64,000 nt of DNA from an uncultured delta proteobacterium (GTDB lineage: Bacteria; Myxococcota; Myxococcia; Myxococcales; Anaeromyxobacteraceae), in assembly GCA_963814585.1 (NCBI GenBank), contig CAWFDF010000004.1, positions 416,001-480,000 of the forward strand. Direction: 5' to 3'. Below are positions 22,514-32,641 of the stretch, one piece after another (the stretch's first letter is position 1; every line of letters begins with the position of its first letter). Below the pieces are notes generated by a model. That model searched no databases. It was not told where the DNA came from and saw nothing but the letters and a program-made list of their open reading frames with translations. The position numbers and the translations under genes were made by a program.

Positions 22514-23962
22514 ATGAAGCCCGAGCTGGCGAGGATCATCCAGGGGGCCGACCTGCGCGGCTGGGTGGAGACGGGCGTCGAGTACGGGACGGGGGAGCTG
22601 GTGGTCCGGGTGCCCCCCGGCTGCCGGACCCTGGGGATGCGCGAGACCCGGCCCCTCCCCGACGCCGGCGCCGCCATCCGCGAGGCCATCGCCCACCCGC
22701 TCGGCTCGCCGACCCTCGGCGAGATCGTCGCGGCCAGGGGGAAGTCCCCGGCGGCGCTGACCGTCTGCATCGCCACCTCGGACATCACCCGGCCGGTCCC
22801 CTACCGGGGCGAGGCCGGCATCCTGGCGCCGCTCCTCGAGGCCCTCGAGCGGGCCGGGGTCCGGCGCGAGAACGTGACGCTGCTGGTCGGCACCGGAACC
22901 CACCGGCCCAGCACGCCCGACGAGAAGGTGGCCATGTTCGGCGCCGAGGTGGTCGCCAGCTGTCGCGTCACCGACCACGCCTGCGACGACGACGACATGC
23001 TGGTCGCCATGGGCCGGACCCGGAGCGGCACCGAGATCCTGGTGAACCGGCGCTTCGTCGAGGCCGACCTGCGCATCGCCACCGGCCTGGTGGAGAGCCA
23101 CTTCATGGCCGGCGTCTCCGGCGGACGCAAGGCCGTCTGCCCGGCCCTGGTGAGCCGGAAGACCATCGAGCGGTTCCACGGCGCCCGGTTCCTCGACTCC
23201 CCCAAGGCCACCAACCTGGTGCTGGAGGGCAACCCCTGCCACGAGGAGTCGCTCGAGGTGGCGCGCCGGGTGGGCGTGGACTTCGCCGTCAACACGGTCC
23301 TCGACCGCCGCCTGGCGCTGGTGGGGGTGTACGCCGGCCACCTGGAGCGCTCCCACGAGGCCGCCTACCACCAGGTGAAGGAGCTGGTCGCCGTCCCGGT
23401 GGAGGAGGAGCACGACATCGTCCTCACCCACGGCGGCTACGTGGGGATCAACCACTACCAGAACGCCAAGGCGGCCTGCAACGCGCTGCCGGCGGTGCGC
23501 GAGAGGGGCTTCGTCATCCTGGCCGCCTGCGAGCGGGACTCCGACCCGGTCGGGCCGGTGACCTACCGGACGCTGCTGCACCTGCTCAAGCTGCAGGGCT
23601 GGGAGCGCTACCTGGAGATGCTGCTGGCCCCCGGCTGGAGGTTCACCCGCGACCAGTGGGAGCCGCAGATGTGGGGCAAGGTCCTGGCCAGGATCGGCGA
23701 GGAGGGGCTGATCTACTGCTCGGCGCGGCTGCCGGCCCGCGAGGCGGAGATCGTCCCGGGGCGGCTCGGCTGGGAGTTCGTGGACCGGCCCGCCGGACCG
23801 GTGGCCGACGACGCGCCGCTGGCCCAGGCCATGGTCCAGAACGCCGTCATCGCCTGCGTCCACCATCCGCGATGGGGCGGGAGGACGCCCACCTTCGCCT
23901 TCGTGAAGGAGGGGCCCTACGTCATCCCGCTGCCGGCCGGTCCTACTTCGCGGGAATCGTGA
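22514..23962 (+). CDS. larA: Nickel-pincer-dependent lactate racemase family (LarA-like) racemase/epimerase
   Basis: SDITRP, GTGTHR, DH, SHFMAGVSGGRK, RFH; SD GGGAGG. Confidence 0.85.
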   Translation: MKPELARIIQGADLRGWVETGVEYGTGELVVRVPPGCRTLGMRETRPLPDAGAAIREAIAHPLGSPTLGEIVAARGKSPAALTVCIATSDITRPVPYRGEAGILAPLLEALERAGVRRENVTLLVGTGTHRPSTPDEKVAMFGAEVVASCRVTDHACDDDDMLVAMGRTRSGTEILVNRRFVEADLRIATGLVESHFMAGVSGGRKAVCPALVSRKTIERFHGARFLDSPKATNLVLEGNPCHEESLEVARRVGVDFAVNTVLDRRLALVGVYAGHLERSHEAAYHQVKELVAVPVEEEHDIVLTHGGYVGINHYQNAKAACNALPAVRERGFVILAACERDSDPVGPVTYRTLLHLLKLQGWERYLEMLLAPGWRFTRDQWEPQMWGKVLARIGEEGLIYCSARLPAREAEIVPGRLGWEFVDRPAGPVADDAPLAQAMVQNAVIACVHHPRWGGRTPTFAFVKEGPYVIPLPAGPTSRES

Positions 23963-24577
23963 TGTCGCCGGGTCTCGGCTGCATGAGCCAGGCCCGGATC
24001 TCGGCACCGTCCGGCGGGTCGTCGGTCAGGGAGAGGTACATGGTGAAGTACCTCACCGCCTGGTCGCGATCGCCGCGGCGCCGCCAGACGTCCCCGAGGA
24101 CCCGGTTGGCGAGCGGCGGGTTCCCGGTGCGCAGCGACTGCTCCGCGTAGGCGGCGGCGTCGTCGACGCGCCCGGCCCGCCAGAGCGCGGCGGCCGCCCG
24201 GGCCATGCTGTCGGCGTCCCGGGTGTCGACCCGCCCGTCGAAGCCGGCCGGGCGGAGCGCCAGGTAGTACTGGCGGTTGGCGACCCGCCCCGCCTCCACC
24301 ACCGCCTCCTCGGTCTCGAAGCCCTCGGCCGAGACCCGGATCCGGAAGGTCCGCTTCGGGTCGGCCACCTCGAGCTTCACGAAGCCGCGCCCCCGCGGCT
24401 GCCCGTCCACCTCGATCAGGGCGGACGGCGGCAGGAAGTCCGCCCTGGCCTCCGGGGTGGTCGCGGCGTCCGGTCGGAGGACTGCTTCTCGGAGGACTGC
24501 TTCCCGGTGGGCTGCTGCTCGGGGGCGGTCAGGACGGCCAGGGTGGCGAGGATGGCGGCGGCGCTGGTGGCGGGCAT
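23943..24577 (-). CDS. Exported PEGA-like + TPR protein (frameshifted near 24473)
   Basis: Signal-like N-terminus from ATG 24577; IEVDGQPRG...VSAEGFE; TPR LGDVW...AVRYFTMYL; needs +1 base to join. Confidence 0.6.
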
Positions 24578-24657
24578 GGGCCCGACCCTACCGGCACCTC
24601 GAGCCCCCCGGAAGACCCCGCCCGGGCGGACCACCGCTCAGGGTCGGTGGAACGGGG

Positions 24658-26814
24658 TCAGTGGAACGTCCCGCCGCTCCGCGCCTTCTCCAGCAGCAGC
24701 GGCGCCGGCTCGAACCGGTTGCCGTGCTCCTGGCGCAGCCGCTCCAGCCTCTCGATCACCTGCCTCGCCCCCATGGCGTCGGCCATGCGGAAGGGCCCTC
24801 CGCGGAAGGGCGGGAAGCCGATGCCGAAGACCGCGCCGATGTCGCCGTCGCGCGGGCTGCGGATGACGCCGTCGCCGAGGGCGCGGGCCGCCTCGTTGAC
24901 CAGCGACAGCGCCAGGCGCTCGGCCATCTCGGCGCGCGGGAAGCGCTGGCGCCGGCGCCCGCCAGGGAGCAGGTCGTAGACGGTCTCGTCCACCACCTTC
25001 TTCTTCCCCTCGCCGTAGGTGTAGAAGCCGCGGCCGTTCTTGCGGCCGAGCCGGCCCGACTCGAGCACCCGCTCGAGCGCGTCGGGCGGCCTCATCCGGT
25101 CGCCGTACCCGGCGTGCAGGATCCTGCTCACCTTGGCGCCGACGTCGATGCCCACCTCGTCGAGCAGCGTGATGGGGCCGACCGGGTAGCCGAAGGCGAC
25201 CAGCGCGGCGTCCAGCTCGTCGATGGCGGCGCCCTCCGCCAGCAGCCAGGCCGCCTCGTTCATGTAGGGGCCGAGGACGCGGTTGGTGTAGAAGCCCGGC
25301 ACGTCGCCGACGATGATCACGGTCTTGCCCTGCCTCTTGCCGAGCGCCACCGCGGTGGCGATCACCTCCGGCGCGGTGCGCGGCGTGGCGATCACCTCGA
25401 GCAGCGGCATCTTGTCGACCGGCGAGAAGTAGTGCATCCCGATCACCGCCTCGGGGCGGGCGGCCGCACTGGCGATGTCGGCGATGGGGATCGAGGAGGT
25501 GTTGGTGGCGAAGATGCCGGTGGGGTTGACGGCCTCGAAGGCCCTCAGCATCTCCTGCTTCAGCTTCAGGTCCTCGAAGACCGCCTCGATCAGCACGTCG
25601 ACCTGGCCGAGCCCGTCCCAGCCGGTGGTGGTGGTGATGAGGCGCATGGCGGCGTCGCGCTCGAGCCGCTCCACCGACTTGCGCTTGACCCGGGTGGCGA
25701 AGACCGCGGCCACGCTCGCCTGCGCCTTGGCGGCCGCGGCGTCGTTCTGCTCCCGCAGGCGCACCGGCAGCCCCGCGTTGACGGTGACATAGGCGATGCC
25801 GCTCCCCATCAGGCCACCGCCCAGCACCCCGACCCGCTCCACCCGGCGAGCCTTCACGGCGGGATCGGCCACGCCGCTCTCGCGCTTCAGGGCGGTCTGG
25901 GCGAAGAAGATCTCCACCAGCCGCCTGGAGACGTCGCTCACCGCCAGCTGGCCGAAGGCCTTGGCCTCGGCCGCCAGCCCCGCCGCCGCTCCCCGCGCCG
26001 CGCCGATGCGGACGGCCTCGAGCGCCAGCTCCGGCGCCGGGTAGTTCCCCCTGGTCTTCTTGAGCAGCTGCTCCCGGGCCTTCGAGAAGAGCACGGCCCG
26101 GCCGAGCGGGTTCGACTCCAGCAGCGCCAGCTGCGCCGCTGCCAGGCCGACCGGCCTCCTGGCCATGGGGCGCCGCGGCTGGAGCGCGCCGGCGGCCAGC
26201 GCCCGGGCCCGCTCCACCGCCACCTGGCGCAGCAGCGGCGCCGGGCAGGCCTCGTCGACGAGGCCGAGCGAGAGCGCCTTCCTCACCTTCACGGTCTTGC
26301 CCGCCAGGATGAGATCGAGGGCGCTGGCCAGGCCGACGAGCCGCGGCAGCCGCTGCGTGCCGCCGGCGCCGGGGACCAGGCCGAGCTGCACCTCGGGGAG
26401 TCCCAGCTGCGTCTTCGGGTCGTTGCTGGCGACGCGGTAGTGGCAGGCCAGCGCCCACTCCAGGCCGCCGCCGAGGCAGGCGCCGTGGATGGCGGCCACC
26501 ACCGGCTTGCCGTAGGCCTCGAGCCGATCGAAGCCGGCCTGGCCCTGCCGGGACAGGTCCTCGGCCTCGCCGGCGCTCTTCACCGCCTGGATCATCTCGA
26601 TCCGGGCGCCGGCGACGAACCCGTCGCGCTTGCCGGAGGCGAGCACGACGGCCTTCACAGCGGGGTCCCGCTCGAACCGGGTGAGGAGCGTGTCGAACTC
26701 GGCGCCGACGTCGGGCGAGAGCGTGTTGACGCTCTCGCCAGGGAGGTCGAGGAGCAGCGTGGCGACGCCGTCCTCGAGGACGACGGTGAAGCTCTTCTGC
26801 GCGGCCGTGGTCAT
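24658..26814 (-). CDS. fadJ: Fatty acid oxidation complex alpha subunit (enoyl-CoA hydratase/3-hydroxyacyl-CoA dehydrogenase)
   Basis: CLGGGLE, GLPEVQLGLVPGAGGTQRLPRL, GGGLMGSGIA, HYFSPVDKMPL, GFPPFRGGP. Confidence 0.93.
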   Translation of the reverse strand: MTTAAQKSFTVVLEDGVATLLLDLPGESVNTLSPDVGAEFDTLLTRFERDPAVKAVVLASGKRDGFVAGARIEMIQAVKSAGEAEDLSRQGQAGFDRLEAYGKPVVAAIHGACLGGGLEWALACHYRVASNDPKTQLGLPEVQLGLVPGAGGTQRLPRLVGLASALDLILAGKTVKVRKALSLGLVDEACPAPLLRQVAVERARALAAGALQPRRPMARRPVGLAAAQLALLESNPLGRAVLFSKAREQLLKKTRGNYPAPELALEAVRIGAARGAAAGLAAEAKAFGQLAVSDVSRRLVEIFFAQTALKRESGVADPAVKARRVERVGVLGGGLMGSGIAYVTVNAGLPVRLREQNDAAAAKAQASVAAVFATRVKRKSVERLERDAAMRLITTTTGWDGLGQVDVLIEAVFEDLKLKQEMLRAFEAVNPTGIFATNTSSIPIADIASAAARPEAVIGMHYFSPVDKMPLLEVIATPRTAPEVIATAVALGKRQGKTVIIVGDVPGFYTNRVLGPYMNEAAWLLAEGAAIDELDAALVAFGYPVGPITLLDEVGIDVGAKVSRILHAGYGDRMRPPDALERVLESGRLGRKNGRGFYTYGEGKKKVVDETVYDLLPGGRRRQRFPRAEMAERLALSLVNEAARALGDGVIRSPRDGDIGAVFGIGFPPFRGGPFRMADAMGARQVIERLERLRQEHGNRFEPAPLLLEKARSGGTFH

Positions 26815-26841
26815 GGTGGTCTCCCGGGGATCCGGCGCTCG

Positions 26842-28149
26842 CTACTCGCGCTCCAGCACCACCGCGGCGCCCAGCGCTCCGGCGGCGCAGACGGTCAGCA
26901 GGGCGTACTGCTTCTGGCGGCGCTGGAGCTCGCGGAGCGTCTGCGTGATCATGCGGGCGCCGGTCGCGGCGAACGGGTGGCCGAGCGCGATGGAGCCGCC
27001 GTTGACGTTGAGGCGGGCCGGGTCGACCTCGCCGAGCGGCGCCGGGCGCCGCAGCTCCTTCTCGGCGAACGCCCTGGAGGCGAAAGCCTGCAGGTTGGAG
27101 AGCACCTGGGCGGCGAAGGCCTCGTGCATGTCGACCAGGTCCATGTCCTGCAGCGTCAGCCCGGCCCGGTCGAGGGCGATGGGGGCGGCGTAGGCCGGTC
27201 CCTGCAGCAGCTGGTCGCGCGGATCGAGCCCGGCGTAGGCATAGGCGCGCACGTAACCGAGGGGCTTCAGGCCCAGCGACCTGGCCTTCTCCTCGGACAT
27301 GACGATGACCGCCGCGGCGCCGTCGGTGAGCGGCGAGGCGTTCCCGGCGGTGACCGTCCCGTACCTCCGGTCGAAGACCGGCTTCAGCGCCGAGAGGGCC
27401 TCGAGGGTGGCGTCGGAGCGGACGATGTTGTCCCTGGCCGAGACCCGCTCGAAGCGCGGCGGCACCGCCACGTGCATCACCTCGGCGTCGAACGTGCCGC
27501 TGGACCAGGCGGCCGCGGCCCGCTGGTGGGAGAGGACCGCGAGCTCGTCCTGGGCGCGGCGCGAGATGCCGTTCTTCTGCGCCATCTGCTCGGCGCTCTG
27601 CCCCATGCTGAGGCCGGTGGTCGGCTCGACCAGCGCCGGCGGCTCGGGGCGCAGGTCCTCGAGCTTGAGCGAGGAGAGGATGGAGAGGCGCTGCGGGAGG
27701 GTGCGGGCCCTGGAGAGCTCCACCAGCTTCTGGGCCAGGCGGCGGGAGGCGAAGATGGGCGCGTCGGAGATCGACTCGGCGCCGCCGGCGACGGCGCAGT
27801 CGGCGTGACCGAGCGCGATCTGGTCGGCGGCGCTGGTGGTGGCCTGCAGCGAGGTGGCGCAGGCACGGGCCACGGTGTGGGCCTCGACGGAGCGGGGGAG
27901 CTGGGAGCGGAGCACCATCTCCCGGCCGATGAGCGACACCAGCTTGGAGGGGACCACCTGGCCGAAGACCAGCATGTCGAAGGTGCCGACCGGGAGGCCG
28001 GAGCGGGCCACCAGCTCGTTGACCACCAGGGCGCCGAGGTCGACGGCCGAGAGATCCCTGAAGTCGGTGCCCGCCTTGACGAACGGGGTGCGGAGCCCGT
28101 CGATGACCGCCGCGCGACGTCCGGGGCGGATGGAACCGGAGCTGGCCAT
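26842..28149 (-). CDS. fadI: 3-ketoacyl-CoA thiolase
   Basis: RACATS, MHEAFAAQ, GGSIALGHPFAATG, CAAGALG. Confidence 0.93.
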   Translation of the reverse strand: MASSGSIRPGRRAAVIDGLRTPFVKAGTDFRDLSAVDLGALVVNELVARSGLPVGTFDMLVFGQVVPSKLVSLIGREMVLRSQLPRSVEAHTVARACATSLQATTSAADQIALGHADCAVAGGAESISDAPIFASRRLAQKLVELSRARTLPQRLSILSSLKLEDLRPEPPALVEPTTGLSMGQSAEQMAQKNGISRRAQDELAVLSHQRAAAAWSSGTFDAEVMHVAVPPRFERVSARDNIVRSDATLEALSALKPVFDRRYGTVTAGNASPLTDGAAAVIVMSEEKARSLGLKPLGYVRAYAYAGLDPRDQLLQGPAYAAPIALDRAGLTLQDMDLVDMHEAFAAQVLSNLQAFASRAFAEKELRRPAPLGEVDPARLNVNGGSIALGHPFAATGARMITQTLRELQRRQKQYALLTVCAAGALGAAVVLERE

Positions 28150-28191
28150 GGGCAACCTCGTTGACTCTGAAATCGGTCTGGAAGCCAGTCT

Positions 28192-28220
28192 GGTGTAGCG
28201 GTCTGGACGCGGGGCGTCAA
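28192..28220 (-). promoter_or_regulatory. Putative sigma70-type promoter of fadIJ
   Basis: TTGACG-N17-TACACC on minus strand, 43 nt before the fadI ATG. Confidence 0.5.
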
Positions 28221-28278
28221 CCCGGGAGCGCCCGATTCTCCCCTTGCGCCCCCGGGTCGGGGGGCCGACCATCGGCCC

Positions 28279-28758
28279 ATGAAGCGGAGCCGCGAGCTCA
28301 GGCCGCTCTCGTCGGAGCACCACCAGGCGCTCCTCGTCGCCTTCCAGGTGAGGAAGTCGCTCGAGGGCCACCCGGAGGCGGCCGGGGCGCCGCGCGACCT
28401 GCCCGGCCTGGTGTCGCTGGCCCGCCGGTTCGAGGGGCAGGTGTTCGGCCCGCACGCGGCGGCGGAGGAGGCGCTGCTGGGCGAGCACCTGGCCGGTCCC
28501 GACCGGGCCCGGCTGGCGGCCGAGCACGGCGAGCTGAAGGGGCTGGTGGAGCACGCCCGGACCTCGGCGCCCGGCGAGCAGCGGGCGGCGCTGGCGGCCT
28601 TCGCCGGGCTGCTGGAGCGCCACGTCCGCTGGGAGGAGCGCGAGCTCTTCCCCTACGCCGAGGCCCACCTCGACGCCGCGGCGCTGGCGGTGATCGGCGG
28701 CGAGCTGGAGCGGCGGCTGCTGCTGGCCGGCCAGGGGTCGCGGGGCGCGCGGCGGTAG
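28279..28758 (+). CDS. Hemerythrin-domain protein
   Basis: LSSEHH, HAAAEE, EH, HVRWEERELF. Confidence 0.85.
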   Translation: MKRSRELRPLSSEHHQALLVAFQVRKSLEGHPEAAGAPRDLPGLVSLARRFEGQVFGPHAAAEEALLGEHLAGPDRARLAAEHGELKGLVEHARTSAPGEQRAALAAFAGLLERHVRWEERELFPYAEAHLDAAALAVIGGELERRLLLAGQGSRGARR

Positions 28759-28816
28759 GGCAAGCGGGTCCCGCGCCGTTGCGCGGCCGCCGGCCGGGCC
28801 GTAGGTTGGCGGGACC

Positions 28817-29806
<990 letters not shown>

Positions 29807-29860
29807 CCGCGCGGGACCCGGCGCGGGCGGGCGCCCGGGGTGGGGCCCGGCCTCCGGGGC

Positions 29861-31273
29861 TCAGCGGCTCCAGAGCGCCAGGGCCAGGTCGGGATCCTGG
29901 CCGATGGCGTTCACCATGGCCACCAGCGTGTCGTACTCGCCCTGGGCCGCGCCCGGGCCCGGGGGGCGCGGGACGAGCGCGAGCTCCTCTCGAAGCCGCT
30001 CCACCTCGGACGGATCGCAGAGCCTGACGTACGCGCCGCTCGGCAGCTTCAGCTCGGTCCCGGACGGGACGCCGCGAAGCAGGTGCTCCGTGATCCACGG
30101 GGAGCGGGGCTCGAGGTACTCGCTGAGCGGACAGCCCCAGGTCGGCTGGACCGGAGTCACCTTCCGCTCCCAGGGGACGCACAGGAGGTCCACCAGGCCG
30201 GTCACCACGGCGCGCTTCGCCAGGAGATCCAGGTCCCCGAAGGAGACGGCCTCGCTCCCGAGCTTCTTCAGGGCGTCGTTGAGCTCGGGCAGGACGAGGA
30301 GGTTGGGCCCGAGGCCGCTCCGCGCCTTGGCCGCCAGCGGCCGCGCGCGTTCCAGGAGCTCCTTCAGGAGGACCTTCTCGCGAGCGTTGGCGAACGCCTG
30401 GTAGGCCGGCAGGATCTCCTCCTTGTAGACGCGCGGGCGGAACAGGACCGCGGACCGGTTGGCGTAGGTGGTCCTGGTCTCGGCCTGCTGGACCTTGGCG
30501 GGCTCCACCGACTCCATGGACTTCAGGAAGGCGGACCGCTCCGCGGCGTCCTCGATCTGGCCGGCCAGCTCCCCGATCAGGGGCCTGGCCTGGGCCAGGG
30601 AGAAGGGCGCTTGCGGGCTGATGCGCCGCACCGCCTCCTCCACGTAGACCTTGGCCATCGGACCGACGGATTGGGCCAGGGCCTTGGCGCATCGGGCCAG
30701 GTAGGCCGCGGAGGCGGGCTCGGCCGCCGCGACCCCGGGCAGGAGGCCCGAGCCGCCGGCCTTGGACCAGCTCAGGCCGGAGGTGGCCAGCACCGGGCGG
30801 GAGCCCGAGCCCGGGTGCGGCGTGGTTCCCAGGACCTGGGAGCTGGAGGCCCTGGGCGGGCCGCCTGCCGAGGAGGAGAGGACCGCCGAGCTGCTGGCGG
30901 AGGGAGCCAGGCCCTGGCCCACCTCGATGGCCCGCCTGGCCTTGTTGGACGCGACCCGGAGGGCCACGGTGGCGAAGGCCGGGTTGAGGGTGCCGTCGGC
31001 CACCACCGCCAGCACGTAGCTGGCGCCGGCCACCGGGCCCACGTTTCGCAGCAGGATGGTCCCGTCGGCGTACTGCGCGGTGGCCGACTCCCAGCCCGGG
31101 TTCTGCAGCGCGATGGAGTCGACGGCCCTGGCCAGCATGCCGCTGACCTCCTCGCACAGCGAGCGATCGTAGATCGCCTTGCCGCGCTGGCCGACCAGCC
31201 GGCCCGCGCCGTCGAAGATCATGGCGGCGTTGACGCCGGCCAGATCGAGGATGCCCTGGAGGTTGTCGTCCAC
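29861..31273 (-). CDS. Multidomain hypothetical protein with roadblock/LC7-like N-terminus
   Basis: LQGILDLAGVNAAMIFDGAGRLV N-terminal pattern; Ser/Gly linker; 470 aa ORF with coding-like codon usage. Confidence 0.6.
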   Translation of the reverse strand: MDDNLQGILDLAGVNAAMIFDGAGRLVGQRGKAIYDRSLCEEVSGMLARAVDSIALQNPGWESATAQYADGTILLRNVGPVAGASYVLAVVADGTLNPAFATVALRVASNKARRAIEVGQGLAPSASSSAVLSSSAGGPPRASSSQVLGTTPHPGSGSRPVLATSGLSWSKAGGSGLLPGVAAAEPASAAYLARCAKALAQSVGPMAKVYVEEAVRRISPQAPFSLAQARPLIGELAGQIEDAAERSAFLKSMESVEPAKVQQAETRTTYANRSAVLFRPRVYKEEILPAYQAFANAREKVLLKELLERARPLAAKARSGLGPNLLVLPELNDALKKLGSEAVSFGDLDLLAKRAVVTGLVDLLCVPWERKVTPVQPTWGCPLSEYLEPRSPWITEHLLRGVPSGTELKLPSGAYVRLCDPSEVERLREELALVPRPPGPGAAQGEYDTLVAMVNAIGQDPDLALALWSR

Positions 31274-31355
31274 GTTCGGGTCCCGGTCCCTTCAGCGCGA
31301 CGGTGGCATGTCCGTTGCGCTGCTGCAAGGAAGCGACCGGGCGCCGTGGTGTGGG

Positions 31356-32618
31356 TCAGCTCGCCAGCTCCACCCACACCTCGACGAGGTGGCGGGCCGT
31401 CAGGACCGCCTTCTCCAGCCCCTCCACCTCCAGCCACTCGGTGGGGCCGTGGAAGTTGTGGCCGCCGGCGAAGACGTTGGGCGTCGGCAGTCCCATGGCG
31501 GTGAGGCGCGAGCCGTCGGTGCCGCCGCGGATGGGGACCCAGCGCGGCTCGACGCCGGCCCGGCGCGTCGCCTCCTCCAGCGCCCCGGCCACCTCCGGCA
31601 CCTCGGCCAGCCGGTCGCGCATGTTCCGGTAGCTCGGCTTGACCTCGAGCACGAGCCGGGCCCCGGGGTGGAGCGGCCGGACCTCCTTGAGGATGGCCTC
31701 GAGGATCCGCCGCTGCCGCTTCAGCCCGGCCTCGTCGAAGTCCCGCAGCAGCAGCCTCACGCTGGCCACGGCCTCCTCGCCGCCCGCGGCGTGCGGGTGG
31801 ATGAACCCCTGGTGGCCCTCGGTCCGCTCCGGCGAGAGGTCGCGCGGCAGCCGCACGATGACGTCGGCCAGCGCCCGCAGCGCGTTGACCATCACTCCCT
31901 TGGCCTCGCCGGGGTGGATGTTCCGGCCCTGGACGGTGATGGTGGCGCCGTCGGCGCTGAAGGTCTCCTTGTTCAGCTCCCCGGCCGCCCCGCCGTCGAA
32001 GGTGTAGGCCACGTCGGCGCCGAAGCGCGCCAGGTCGAAGCACGCCGTGCCACGCCCCACCTCCTCGTCGGGGGTGAAGGCGAGCTTCACCTCCCCGTGC
32101 GGCGGCGACTCCGGCCCGGTCAGCAGCGCGGCCAGCGTCATGATGGCGGCGATCCCCGCCTTGTCGTCGGCACCGAGCAGGGTGGTGCCGTCGGAGGTGA
32201 CGATCCGCTTCCCCACCTGCCCCTTCAGCGCCGGGTTCTGCCTGGCGCGGATCACCACCTCCGGATTGCCCGCCAGCCGGATGTCGCCACCCTGGTAGGT
32301 GAAGACCTGCGGCTTGACGCCCGCGCCGGAGGCCGACGGCGAGGTGTCGAGGTGGGCGATGAGCCCGACCTTCTTCACCTTCCCGGAGGCCGGGTGCCCC
32401 CTGGGCAGGTTGGACGGGATGGTGGCCATCACGTAGCCGTGGGCGTCGAGCGTGGCCCGCCGGACCCCCAGCCCCTTCAGCTCGGCCACCAGCAGCCGCG
32501 CCAGGACGAGCTGCTTCCTGGTGCTCGGCACCTGGGGCGCGTCCTCGGCGGACTGGGTGTCGATGCGGGCGTAGCGGAGGAAGCGGTCGAGCGCGGACTC
32601 GTGGCGGCGGGCGGGCAT
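31356..32618 (-). CDS. pepT: Peptidase T (M20B tripeptidase)
   Basis: AHLDTS, TLLGADDKAG, PDEEVG, IRGGTDG, NFH. Confidence 0.93.
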   Translation of the reverse strand: MPARRHESALDRFLRYARIDTQSAEDAPQVPSTRKQLVLARLLVAELKGLGVRRATLDAHGYVMATIPSNLPRGHPASGKVKKVGLIAHLDTSPSASGAGVKPQVFTYQGGDIRLAGNPEVVIRARQNPALKGQVGKRIVTSDGTTLLGADDKAGIAAIMTLAALLTGPESPPHGEVKLAFTPDEEVGRGTACFDLARFGADVAYTFDGGAAGELNKETFSADGATITVQGRNIHPGEAKGVMVNALRALADVIVRLPRDLSPERTEGHQGFIHPHAAGGEEAVASVRLLLRDFDEAGLKRQRRILEAILKEVRPLHPGARLVLEVKPSYRNMRDRLAEVPEVAGALEEATRRAGVEPRWVPIRGGTDGSRLTAMGLPTPNVFAGGHNFHGPTEWLEVEGLEKAVLTARHLVEVWVELAS

Positions 32619-32641
32619 GAGGGGGTGGCCTCCGGGGGCGA

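Noticed and set aside
24277..28164. Long antisense ORFs (also 43881-47282, 5918-8878, 8704-11439, 34536-36869)
   Set aside because: Expected stop-poor mirror frames in very high-GC DNA; no motifs.
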